Shown here piece after piece: positions 50,669-59,751 of a DNA stretch of 64,000 nt. The first letter of the stretch is position 1; every line of letters starts with the position of its first letter. The DNA comes from Poseidonia sp. (lineage in GTDB: Archaea; Thermoplasmatota; Poseidoniia; Poseidoniales; Poseidoniaceae). Position numbers and translations under genes: made by a program. The stretch is taken from contig JAURAI010000001.1 in the NCBI GenBank assembly GCA_030829545.1, forward strand, positions 4,123-68,122. Reading direction: 5' to 3'. The notes below the pieces were generated by a model. It had not been told where the DNA came from and made no database searches. It saw only the letters and a program-made list of their open reading frames with translations.

Positions 50669-51952
50669 TTATGAAGAAATCGCTGCCTTTTCTTGCGCTT
50701 GAACTTCGCGTTCGTTGTCGTTAGCAAAGGATTCATGGCCGCCTTGCCGTCGAACGCGTTTCCATTGCTCCCCGATGGCCTTTGCCTCATCCGAGGGTTC
50801 CCAATGGTCTCGTTTCAACGCAGGACGGAAGGGGAGACGACGCACTCCGCGCCCCATCGCCTTGTCATCTTTGACCAGCATGAATGGACTCACGATGCGG
50901 TAGAGAAGCCGTTTGAACGAGGTGGGGCGAAATAATTTACCAATCCAAATCAAGCCGTCGCCTCGCTTGTTTTGATCCTTCATCCATGCCTTGCACATCC
51001 GCTTGAACATCCGATCTCCCACCCGGTTCATCAACCAACGATTGGCGACGCTGGTACGAACATAGGGCATCAAATGGCGGCGGACGTCTTGCTCATAGTC
51101 ACCCTCACCCAGTATATCACGGGCTGCGAGTACGCCTGACCAAACCGCCATCCGCATTCCAAAGCCCCACATGAAATCCTGCAATCCACCGGATTCACCG
51201 ACGTAATATCGACCGTCTTGTTTGTAATGCTGATTGATTGTAAAATCACCTTTTCCGCCCACGCGTTTGATGGGTTGACGGTTTAGATTTGGATAATGCG
51301 TTTCATACCACGCAATGGTCTCGTTGAGGAAACGCTCGCTCTTTCGCTGCTTTCGCCACAAACAGGTGCAAATCAAGCCGACCCCCTCGATGATGATGAG
51401 ATATGAATAGGACCCAGGTGCTAATTTATCGTTCAATTGAAAGGCGATATGATTGGGATGATCCGTTTTGAAAATCTCCCCATAAGCCACTGCCGAGGTT
51501 CCTTTGGGGCCGCAAGCAATGATCGTGCAGTCTTCTTCGTTGACGCGAGAGCCGTAATGAATCGTTGCGCCAGCTTCAATCGCCTGTCGCTTGAAGCCTT
51601 GGTCAATGGCATCGTCCGAAGTGCCTCGCTCTACGATTCGGTAAGCTACGCCCGAAGTTCTCGCTTGGGTGATGACGTCATCGGGGTGGATGAGGTCAAC
51701 GGTATCGAAGGTGGTGGCTTTGAAACTTGATGGTGCTAGGCCCCATTCATTGAGTTGGTCAAAAAAATCATCATCCATGCTCCAGTTTTCCAAGGCTTGG
51801 AAATCCCCGTCAAAGCGAGCACCTGAATCCTGGCGAATGTCATGGACGTGGACCTCACGACCAGCTCTTGCGAGAAGGGTTGCTGCGGCCAGCCCGGACA
51901 GACCTGCGCCCATGATGTGGACAGGAGGGTGTTGGCTTGGAGCCTCGGCCAT
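50669..51952 (-). CDS. FAD-dependent oxidoreductase (geranylgeranyl-reductase-like)
   Basis: GAGLSG Rossmann motif, APGSYSY, VGESGGLQD..GFGM. Confidence 0.8.
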   Translation of the reverse strand: MAEAPSQHPPVHIMGAGLSGLAAATLLARAGREVHVHDIRQDSGARFDGDFQALENWSMDDDFFDQLNEWGLAPSSFKATTFDTVDLIHPDDVITQARTSGVAYRIVERGTSDDAIDQGFKRQAIEAGATIHYGSRVNEEDCTIIACGPKGTSAVAYGEIFKTDHPNHIAFQLNDKLAPGSYSYLIIIEGVGLICTCLWRKQRKSERFLNETIAWYETHYPNLNRQPIKRVGGKGDFTINQHYKQDGRYYVGESGGLQDFMWGFGMRMAVWSGVLAARDILGEGDYEQDVRRHLMPYVRTSVANRWLMNRVGDRMFKRMCKAWMKDQNKRGDGLIWIGKLFRPTSFKRLLYRIVSPFMLVKDDKAMGRGVRRLPFRPALKRDHWEPSDEAKAIGEQWKRVRRQGGHESFANDNEREVQAQEKAAISS

Positions 51953-52003
51953 GGTAAGCCATGGAGGCGTGAGGTTTGAATGATGTGTTCTCGTCGTGTG
52001 ACC

Positions 52004-52429
52004 ATGTCCGAGCGCATCGTGGTTGAGGAAGCACGAACCGTGCTCGACCCTGATGCCCTGCTTGGGCAACTCAACACCGAGGGCTGTGGAGCCGTGGTGA
52101 GTTTTGTCGGGCTTACCCGTGGCATCGATAACGGGACAGAGATTCTTCGTCTGGAATTTGATGCATGGCATGAGCAATTACGCCCGGTCTTGCTCGACCT
52201 TGCAACCGTTGCGACAGCAACCTACGGGCTTCATGGAGTAGCAATGGCTCATCGCACGGGTGCGGTTGGGCCAGGAGAACCCATCGTCGCCATCCATGTT
52301 GCCAGTCCACATCGCAAAGAAGCGTTTGAAGCATGTTCGTGGCTCATTGATGAATTGAAGCGTCAGGCGCCTATTTGGAAGAAAGAAGTCACACCGTTAG
52401 GTACGACATGGAAAGAGGGGTTAGGATGA
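52004..52429 (+). CDS. moaE: Molybdopterin synthase catalytic subunit
   Basis: GAVVSFVG, HRTG, SPHRKEAF, PIWKKE. Confidence 0.93.
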   Translation: MSERIVVEEARTVLDPDALLGQLNTEGCGAVVSFVGLTRGIDNGTEILRLEFDAWHEQLRPVLLDLATVATATYGLHGVAMAHRTGAVGPGEPIVAIHVASPHRKEAFEACSWLIDELKRQAPIWKKEVTPLGTTWKEGLG

Positions 52430-52887
52430 ACAAAACAAGCATCGAAGGAATCGTTGAAATCGGAAAGAAACCAATCGTCGAGCGAAGGGCGAGAGCAAAA
52501 GGAAGGCTTTGCCTGCAGGCCTCCACCAAGCAAGCCATTGTGAACGGAGAAATCACGAAGGGAAATGTCTTGGAAGCCTCAACCATTGCAGCCATTCAGG
52601 CTGTTAAAGAGACACCACGCATTATCCCACATTGTCATCCAATTCCTCTGGAAGGAACGAAGGTCGAATGGACATGGGAGGGCAATGACCTCTGGTGTCA
52701 TGTTCAGGTGTCTGCCCACTACAAGACAGGCATTGAGATGGAAGCACTCACTGGTGTCGCAGCAGGCCTCCTGTGTGCCTTTGACATGGTGAAATCATTG
52801 GAAAAGGATCGTGACGGACAATACCCTGCCGCCATGCTCACAGACCTCTGTGTGGTTGAGAAATTCAAAGGCCCATCAACCGTTTGA
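52426..52887 (+). CDS. moaC: Cyclic pyranopterin monophosphate synthase
   Basis: KGNVL, IPHCHP, TGIEMEAL, DMVK; ATGA overlap with moaE. Confidence 0.93.
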   Translation: MNKTSIEGIVEIGKKPIVERRARAKGRLCLQASTKQAIVNGEITKGNVLEASTIAAIQAVKETPRIIPHCHPIPLEGTKVEWTWEGNDLWCHVQVSAHYKTGIEMEALTGVAAGLLCAFDMVKSLEKDRDGQYPAAMLTDLCVVEKFKGPSTV

Positions 52888-52923
52888 TTCATGGCATTGC
52901 CGCGAGTCCCTGCGTGTATGGGC

Positions 52924-53880
52924 ATGACCACGGACCTATCACACCATTTCCTTGAAGCGGTTGACCAAGCCGCTATTGCAAGCGCTGCATGGCGCGGCAA
53001 GGGTGACAAAAATGCAGCCGATGATGCTGCGGTTGAAGCCATGCGTCGTACCTTTGACGCAGTGCCTTTCGACGGAAGGGTGGCCATTGGCGAGGGAGAA
53101 CGTGACGAAGCCCCCATGCTGTACATCGGTGAGCCCTTGGGCTCGATGATTGGACAGGAAGGAGCTCCCAAGATCGATATTGCCGTCGACCCTTTGGAAT
53201 GCACCAATAATTGTGCCGACAATACTCCCAATTCCATTGCAGTACTTGCAGCAGCCCCGCGAGGAACCTTGCTGCATGCACCCGATTGTTACATGGACAA
53301 ACTGGCAACTGGGCCACTCTTGGCTGACCATGTTTCCCTTGACGGTGGAGCAACGTACAACATCGAACAAGCCATGCATGTTCTTGATTGCAACGCTGAA
53401 GATGTTCGTATCGTCGCCTTGGACCGTGAGCGACATCACGACTTGTTCAAGGAAATTCGAGCAACGGGTGCTCAACTCCACCTCATGGGAGACGGTGATG
53501 TATCAGGCGCTATCTGGGCAGCCAAGACCGATGGACCCTATGACATGCTCATGGGAATTGGAGCAGCGCCCGAGGGCGTTATTTCGGCAACTGCGATTCG
53601 TGGCCTCGGCGGACTCTTTGAAGGCCGTCTTGTGTTTCGTTCCGATGAGGAAGAAGCACGTGCAGAAACGATGGTCAACGATGACCTCACTCGTTTGTGG
53701 AAAGCGCATGACCTCTGCCAGAGTGAGGATGCTATTTTCGCTGCATCCGGTGTTTGCGATGGCTACCTTCCTGGAGCCCTCATTGGTGAAAGTACGACAA
53801 CGACCTTCAACGAATTGATTGACGTCAGCCGAAAAACCGTGATTCAAAACGAAGAAGTTCGCCCCCGGACTGTGGCATAG
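52924..53880 (+). CDS. glpX: Class II fructose-1,6-bisphosphatase
   Basis: IGEGERDEAPML, DIAVDPLE, YMDKL, DGDV, APEGV. Confidence 0.93.
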   Translation: MTTDLSHHFLEAVDQAAIASAAWRGKGDKNAADDAAVEAMRRTFDAVPFDGRVAIGEGERDEAPMLYIGEPLGSMIGQEGAPKIDIAVDPLECTNNCADNTPNSIAVLAAAPRGTLLHAPDCYMDKLATGPLLADHVSLDGGATYNIEQAMHVLDCNAEDVRIVALDRERHHDLFKEIRATGAQLHLMGDGDVSGAIWAAKTDGPYDMLMGIGAAPEGVISATAIRGLGGLFEGRLVFRSDEEEARAETMVNDDLTRLWKAHDLCQSEDAIFAASGVCDGYLPGALIGESTTTTFNELIDVSRKTVIQNEEVRPRTVA

Positions 53881-53892
53881 AGGGTCGGAATC

Positions 53893-54516
53893 ATGGCACA
53901 ACAACTCCGCATCGATGTCCGTTTACCAGAAGGACATTGGGCGGGTGATGTGACTCGTATTCATCCGAAGGCAACCTTGCGGATTGAACAACACATGCCC
54001 TTGGGAAAAGGTCGGGGGACGGCTCGATGCTGGGCGAACGTACCGCTTGACGAAACGATTACCGCCCACGACGGAATCGACAGACTTACACCCCTTGAAG
54101 ACGGTTATTTCAACGTCGACATCTCTGCGGGCGGAGGTGGCTTTCTTCGTCCGCTCATTGACTTAGGCGTCGTTCCACGAACTCCCTTTGAGGTGCGGGA
54201 CGGATGGGTTGAATGGACGGTTGAAGGACACCGAGAACAGATGCGGGACCTGATCAATCGCTTCCGTTCTGATGAAATCCCTCATCGTCTGTTATCGACG
54301 AGGAGTACGGGTCCACGACTCCTCACTCCACGTCAACGTGAGGTCTTTGAGGCAGCCTCTCGAGAAGGGTACTGGGATGTACCTCGTCGCATCAATTTGA
54401 CGGAATTAGCCGGTCTGCTGAACATTGCGAAATCGACCCTCTCAAATCAACTCCAGCGCATTGAATCAGCGGTGTTTCATGCCTTTACGGACGAGATTCG
54501 TCGGCAAAGCCCCTAA
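53893..54516 (+). CDS. HTH_10 (Bat-type) transcription regulator
   Basis: LTPRQREV..A...GYWDVPRRINLTELA. Confidence 0.88.
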   Translation: MAQQLRIDVRLPEGHWAGDVTRIHPKATLRIEQHMPLGKGRGTARCWANVPLDETITAHDGIDRLTPLEDGYFNVDISAGGGGFLRPLIDLGVVPRTPFEVRDGWVEWTVEGHREQMRDLINRFRSDEIPHRLLSTRSTGPRLLTPRQREVFEAASREGYWDVPRRINLTELAGLLNIAKSTLSNQLQRIESAVFHAFTDEIRRQSP

Positions 54517-54550
54517 CATGTTCAGGCGAACATGTTCGTAAAGGGTATAA
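54515..54550 (+). promoter_or_regulatory. Tandem AACATGTT palindromes and TATA upstream of the boxB-like gene
   Basis: AACATGTT 54515-54522, GAACATGTTC 54528-54537, TATAA 54546-54550, about 25 nt before the ATG. Confidence 0.6.
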
Positions 54551-54574
54551 GGAGGTCGCCGACTACACTGTATC

Positions 54575-55735
54575 ATGGACAACCTTCCGAAGACCTGGGA
54601 TGACTGGATTGAAAACTTCAAAGCCTGGCAAGACAACGTCGGCTACAAGCGTGAGTGGATGGGCGATTTTGACCTCTCCATCCAATTCGACTGGGAACGC
54701 GCTGGCGATGTCATCGAGTACGGTGACTACACAGGACGTGCCAAGTGGGAACGGTCACTCCAGGTTCCACACCAAAGCATGAGAGACGCCCTCGTGAGCA
54801 TGATCACAGTTCAAGGCGATACCGAATTCGCATCAGTCGAGCAACAGCGACACCTGTTGGCGACCGCACCAACCGATTATGACCGCTACGCAGCAGCTCG
54901 TATCATGGCCGAAGAACAACGCCACGGATGGCAAATGGCCTACCTCCTCATGACCTACTTCGGCCAACAAGGACGACGTGAGGCGCAAAAACTCCTTGAA
55001 CGTAACGCTCAGGACGGAGACCGACTCCTCGGCGCCTTCAACCGCCCCATGCCGCACTGGCTCGACTTCTTCTGCTACACCATGTTTGTTGACCGTGATG
55101 GCAAATTCCAACTCGGCATGCTCTCAACATCTGCCTTCAAGCCACTTGCTGCTAGCATGGGACCCATGCTCAAGGAGGAATCCTTCCACCTTGGTACTGG
55201 CTCCAACGGACTGCGCCGTATCATCAAGGCAGGTGTGATCCCCCTTGACATGCTACAGCGCTACATCAACAAGTGGGTGTCCACAGCACACGACCTCTTT
55301 GGGGTTGACGAATCTTCATCGGCGCACTGGGCCTATGTTTGGGGAATCAAAGGGCGCTGGGATGAGCGAAAGAAACTCGAAGCTGACCTCGAAGTATCCA
55401 AAGAAACACTCAACGAAGAAGCCCGACAACACTACCACGATGAGATTGTCCTCGAAGTAGAGAAACTCAACGGTTACCTTCCAGAAGGCAGTACCAAGCT
55501 CTACGTCCCGCACGAGAATTTCCACCGTGAAATTGGCCACTTCAAGCGTCAACGCATGACCGTTGAAGGCGTGGCTTTCGAGGGCGATGATGCTGCATGG
55601 GAGACCTACATGCACAATCACTTCCCAACCGCTCAGGACGAAGAAGACCTCAAGGCATTGTTCGAGCAACAATGGGTGGCTGAAAAGCCGTTGACTGCTC
55701 GCCAACTTGCCTCCGGCATTGGTGCAAGCGCCTGA
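54575..55735 (+). CDS. boxB: Benzoyl-CoA epoxidase BoxB-like di-iron enzyme
   Basis: QGDTEFASVEQQRHL, EEQRH, LGAFN, DRDGKFQL, EESFH. Confidence 0.85.
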   Translation: MDNLPKTWDDWIENFKAWQDNVGYKREWMGDFDLSIQFDWERAGDVIEYGDYTGRAKWERSLQVPHQSMRDALVSMITVQGDTEFASVEQQRHLLATAPTDYDRYAAARIMAEEQRHGWQMAYLLMTYFGQQGRREAQKLLERNAQDGDRLLGAFNRPMPHWLDFFCYTMFVDRDGKFQLGMLSTSAFKPLAASMGPMLKEESFHLGTGSNGLRRIIKAGVIPLDMLQRYINKWVSTAHDLFGVDESSSAHWAYVWGIKGRWDERKKLEADLEVSKETLNEEARQHYHDEIVLEVEKLNGYLPEGSTKLYVPHENFHREIGHFKRQRMTVEGVAFEGDDAAWETYMHNHFPTAQDEEDLKALFEQQWVAEKPLTARQLASGIGASA

Positions 55736-55754
55736 TGCTCATTTGAGTTGATGT

Positions 55755-56294
55755 GTGATGATTCCGGTTGCTCTTTACGGCGTTGACGCTGCGATGTGCG
55801 AGCGCTTCTATGAGGCCCTTCCCCAATTGGTGAAGGATGCCTATGAAGACCAGGCGTACATCGAATCACTCTACGCCATTGAAACCAAGCACTCTATTGA
55901 CCACGTCCGAATTGCTGACGTCTGGTCCGACCGCGCCCCCTTTGCATGGCCGGAAGATGTTGTGAACGAGGTAGAAATGGTCCTTCGGACCACGAATTAT
56001 CCCGACGTCGCTTTGCTTGAACATTTGATGACACTGGACGATGTGGATGCCCAACGTATCTCTGAGTGGATGCACTTTTCGACCAACCTCTTTCCAATCT
56101 ACTCTCAAAAAGCCTGTGAAACACTGGGCCGCATGGGTTTGGAAACACCCTACAAGCCCAAGGACATCGCTAGTTACGGCCTCTATGTGAGCAGAATTGA
56201 AGGCCTCAAACTCCACGCCCCTGCTGCTGGACTTCCTGAAATCGGGCTTCCCCGAACAAGGATGTTGCAGTTGGGCTTGGAGCGATTCGAATGA
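55755..56294 (+). CDS. Hypothetical protein
   Basis: 179-aa ORF, stop overlaps the next start. Confidence 0.65.
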   Translation: MMIPVALYGVDAAMCERFYEALPQLVKDAYEDQAYIESLYAIETKHSIDHVRIADVWSDRAPFAWPEDVVNEVEMVLRTTNYPDVALLEHLMTLDDVDAQRISEWMHFSTNLFPIYSQKACETLGRMGLETPYKPKDIASYGLYVSRIEGLKLHAPAAGLPEIGLPRTRMLQLGLERFE

Positions 56295-57214
56295 AGCATG
56301 CAAGCCTTCACTTCAAACTTGTCTTGGTCGCTGCCATTTGGGGATTAGGCTGGCCCGCTGGGCGTGTTGTGGCGGCAGATGTACCACCCGTCACCGCAGC
56401 ATGGATTCGTTATGTGATGGTCGTGGTTCTGTTTCTGGCCTATCTCAAATGGTCAAAACAATGGATCTTGCCCTCTCGGATGCAATGGCGCCAAATCACT
56501 TGGATTGGTTTTTTCTCAACCTTTCTCTACCAAGTTCTTTTCATGTACGGGATGGGTTACACAGCTGCTGGTGATGCATCGCTCATGATCACTTTTAATC
56601 CGCTTTTTACCGCCATTTTAGCCATCTTTTTCCTCAACGAAGCAATGACCCGACGCTTGTTCGGAGGGTTGCTCATGGCATTGGCCGGAGTAGCAATTCT
56701 CTTTCTGGCCTCGCCGAATACCGATATTCCATCCATGGAGCGGTGGATTGGTAATGCCTTCATCGCCGGTGCAGCACTTGCTTGGGCAAGTTCAACCATT
56801 CTCATGAAGAAGGTCATGACCAATGTTCCCGATGACGCTGACGCACCGCTCAGTCCGCTTCATCTCACGGTATGGTCTTCGGTGGTAGGCTTCCTGATTC
56901 TCACGCCGTGGGCGGGATATGAAACTTACAACCTTGGATTTGATGCACCGAGCCAAGGAGCGTGGTTGGGCATTGTCTTCCTCGCTGTATTTTCAACCGT
57001 TCTAGCCTATGTGTGGTTTGCGGACGGTATCCACACCATTGGGGCAGGTAAGTCTGCCTTCTACGTCTACCTGGTTCCACCCTTTGGAATTTTGAGCGGT
57101 TGGCTTCTTCTTGACGAGAAACTCGGCTCTTCGCTCCTGCTGGCCTTTTCCCTGATTGTTGGTGGCGTCATGTTAGCTCAACGAAACAACATCTCTGGCG
57201 AGCAAGCATCATGA
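56291..57214 (+). CDS. DMT/EamA transporter
   Basis: About 10 TM helices in two EamA repeats. Confidence 0.9.
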   Translation: MKHASLHFKLVLVAAIWGLGWPAGRVVAADVPPVTAAWIRYVMVVVLFLAYLKWSKQWILPSRMQWRQITWIGFFSTFLYQVLFMYGMGYTAAGDASLMITFNPLFTAILAIFFLNEAMTRRLFGGLLMALAGVAILFLASPNTDIPSMERWIGNAFIAGAALAWASSTILMKKVMTNVPDDADAPLSPLHLTVWSSVVGFLILTPWAGYETYNLGFDAPSQGAWLGIVFLAVFSTVLAYVWFADGIHTIGAGKSAFYVYLVPPFGILSGWLLLDEKLGSSLLLAFSLIVGGVMLAQRNNISGEQAS

Positions 57215-57236
57215 AGGTGGAGAACCTCGCCGATGC

Positions 57237-58121
57237 ATGGCGATTGAACGCGTTGCAGTGATTGGCGCTGGTACAATGGGAGCCGGTATCGCCCAAGTCT
57301 GTGCTCAGGCCGGTTGGGCGACACGGCTCTACGATGCATTTCCTGAAGGACTTGAGCGTGGCATGCAGCGTATTGATGCTTTTTGGGACAAAGGCATTGC
57401 CCGTGGAAAAACAAGTGCTGAACAAAAAGCCGAATGGAGTTCAAACCTAGAGGCTGTCAGCGACCTTGCACAGGCAGTAAGTGATGCGGACCTTGTGATT
57501 GAAGCAGTTCCTGAAATCCCCGACCTCAAGCATTCTATTTTCGCTCAACTCGACACACTCGTCCCGAGCCATTGCGTGCTCGGAACAAATACCTCCTCTC
57601 TTTCTATTGCCGACATAGCTGCTGCTACCTCACGACCCGAACAGGTGATTGGTATGCATTTCTTCAATCCAGTCCCGATCATGAAATTGCTTGAATTGGT
57701 TCGCCATGAACGCACGAGTGAAGCAACGATTGCCCTTGCTGAACAAGCAGGTGAGGCCATGGGAAAAACAACAATTTTGGTGAAGGATATTCCAGGGTTT
57801 GCAACCAGTCGTCTCGGAGTGGTCTTGGGCAATGAAGCCATCCGTATGCTTGCAGACGGCGTGGCGAGTGCGAAAGATATCGATACCGCCATGGTGCTGG
57901 GGTATAAGCATCCAATGGGACCCCTCGCCCTAACCGATTTGGTTGGATTGGACGTACGGCGTGACATATTGAAGAATTTGCAAGCCTCCTTCAACGACGA
58001 CGCCTATGCACCACACCCACTCTTGGAGCGTCTGGTCGCCGAGGGTAGACTGGGTAAGAAAACTGGCAAGGGCATTTACGACTGGTCCAGCGGAGAAGCG
58101 AAAGAGACAACGCTGGATTGA
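57237..58121 (+). CDS. 3-hydroxyacyl-CoA dehydrogenase (PaaH/Hbd-like)
   Basis: GAGTMGAGIA, EAVPE, NTSS, GMHFFNP, HPMGP, LGKKTGKG. Confidence 0.93.
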   Translation: MAIERVAVIGAGTMGAGIAQVCAQAGWATRLYDAFPEGLERGMQRIDAFWDKGIARGKTSAEQKAEWSSNLEAVSDLAQAVSDADLVIEAVPEIPDLKHSIFAQLDTLVPSHCVLGTNTSSLSIADIAAATSRPEQVIGMHFFNPVPIMKLLELVRHERTSEATIALAEQAGEAMGKTTILVKDIPGFATSRLGVVLGNEAIRMLADGVASAKDIDTAMVLGYKHPMGPLALTDLVGLDVRRDILKNLQASFNDDAYAPHPLLERLVAEGRLGKKTGKGIYDWSSGEAKETTLD

Positions 58122-58140
58122 ATTTCTACGATAGCATGAA

Positions 58141-58962
58141 ATGGTTTTACTCAGCGGTATCGGCATGCAAGATGGAAGTATGTGGCCGCAAAACGCGGGT
58201 CAAACCGTACAGATGAGCCCCGCCTCATCCAACGTCACCATAAGCAATCCACAGAAAGGGCCCAAAGTCCCGATGACCATCGCAGCAGTACTTGTGGTGA
58301 TTGGATTGGTTGGATTTTTGGTTGCGGCAGTGGTAGGCGCTTCAATCGAGGATACATTCAACAATCTCTCCACCAAAGAGTACACTCAAGCCGTGGGTGA
58401 TAACATCACCCTTGGTTATGACGACCCCGACAGCCTTGGTGAAGAAGGATGATACCTCCTCATAGAAGGCGACCCGAATACCGATGCTGACGGTAACGGG
58501 CAAGCCGATGCTTGTGATGGCCTCAATTTCACCATTGTATTGGAAAACAGCACGGCCTCAAATGAGAGTGGCAATGATATTGATATTGGGGTCGCTCGAT
58601 TTGATTGCGACATCCGTGGTGACAACAGCGAAGAAGCGTATTTCGACATTGAAAACCATATCATCATCGCACGCGTATGTTACACCATCGGTGATGAAGA
58701 TGGCGTGACCGAACACGATTGCAAAACCGGCGACCGCATTCATTTCAGCAACGATGGAGGTGTTAACATGTCCATTGTGGACCTTGACAAAATGTACGAG
58801 CCCTTTGTTGAGGAGCTCATCGTCGACGGAGTTGTTTCAGCCATCTCATTCGCTGCGGGATGTTGCTCAATCTGCGGTGGCGTCGTGGCGCTCTTCGTCG
58901 GTTTGATGCGTGTTGGTGGAAAGAAAACGCCGGAGCAGAACATCCGCTTCGAAGTGCAATAA
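58141..58962 (+). pseudogene. Two-TM membrane protein interrupted by an in-frame TGA at 58450-58452
   Basis: ORFs 58141-58452 and 58540-58962 share a frame, and the intervening codons are open (EEG*YLLIEGDP...). Confidence 0.75.
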
Positions 58963-59742
58963 TCATTCAAAGTGTGGATCACGCTTCTCGAGGAAGGCTT
59001 TCACACCTTCCTTGAAAGCGGATGTTGTCCCTGCCGCTTCAATCAGCGTCCGCTCGTGGTCCAAATGCGTTTTGAAATCGTTGTCAGTCTGAACGTGAAG
59101 GAGGTGCTTGGTTGCTTCCTTCGTGTGTGCGCCCCACGACGACCACATGCTCGCCCATGCTTTTGCAGTCTCCATAAGTTCCTCTTGAGATACGATGGCG
59201 TCAATAGCGCCGTATTCATGCGCTTCTTGTCCGGACCATATTTGGTTGCCCAAGAAGAAACGACGAGCGACTTGTTCACCGACATAGCGTGGCAATAACC
59301 AGGTTGTACCACCGTCAGGAGAGAGACCCATACCAGCGTAGGAAGCAGCCATACGGGCTTGGGGAGTCCCAATACGCGCATCGCATGCCAGTGCCAAGCC
59401 AAGCCCACCTCCCGCAGACACGCCGTTGAGGGCTGCAATAACGATGGTTGGTGATGTCCGAATGCGAACGATAAGTGGGTGCAAGATGCCCGTTAACTCA
59501 CGAATCAATTGGGGTGCATCACCCTCGTCAATGGATGTTTGAAAGGCATTGATGTCTGCACCCGCAGAGAAAAAACGCCCTTCGCCGGTCAATACGATGG
59601 CTTTTGTTTCCTGGTCGTTCAATCCATCATTGACCGCATCTGCGATGAGGGGAAGGAATTCCTTTGAGAAGGATTGCGTCGATGCCTGACCGGCCATGGT
59701 AATGATGCGAATCTCGTCGTGTTGTTCAACTTCAATTCCCAT
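58963..59742 (-). CDS. Enoyl-CoA hydratase/isomerase (PaaG-like)
   Basis: FSAGADI, NGVSAGGG, GLSPDGG, EGVKAFLEKR. Confidence 0.88.
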   Translation of the reverse strand: MGIEVEQHDEIRIITMAGQASTQSFSKEFLPLIADAVNDGLNDQETKAIVLTGEGRFFSAGADINAFQTSIDEGDAPQLIRELTGILHPLIVRIRTSPTIVIAALNGVSAGGGLGLALACDARIGTPQARMAASYAGMGLSPDGGTTWLLPRYVGEQVARRFFLGNQIWSGQEAHEYGAIDAIVSQEELMETAKAWASMWSSWGAHTKEATKHLLHVQTDNDFKTHLDHERTLIEAAGTTSAFKEGVKAFLEKRDPHFE

Positions 59743-59751
59743 GTTTTACCC

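Noticed and set aside
58450-58452. Selenocysteine or genetic-code reassignment
   Set aside because: No redox motif or evident SECIS, TGA is a normal stop elsewhere, and the SelB-like gene lacks a GTPase motif
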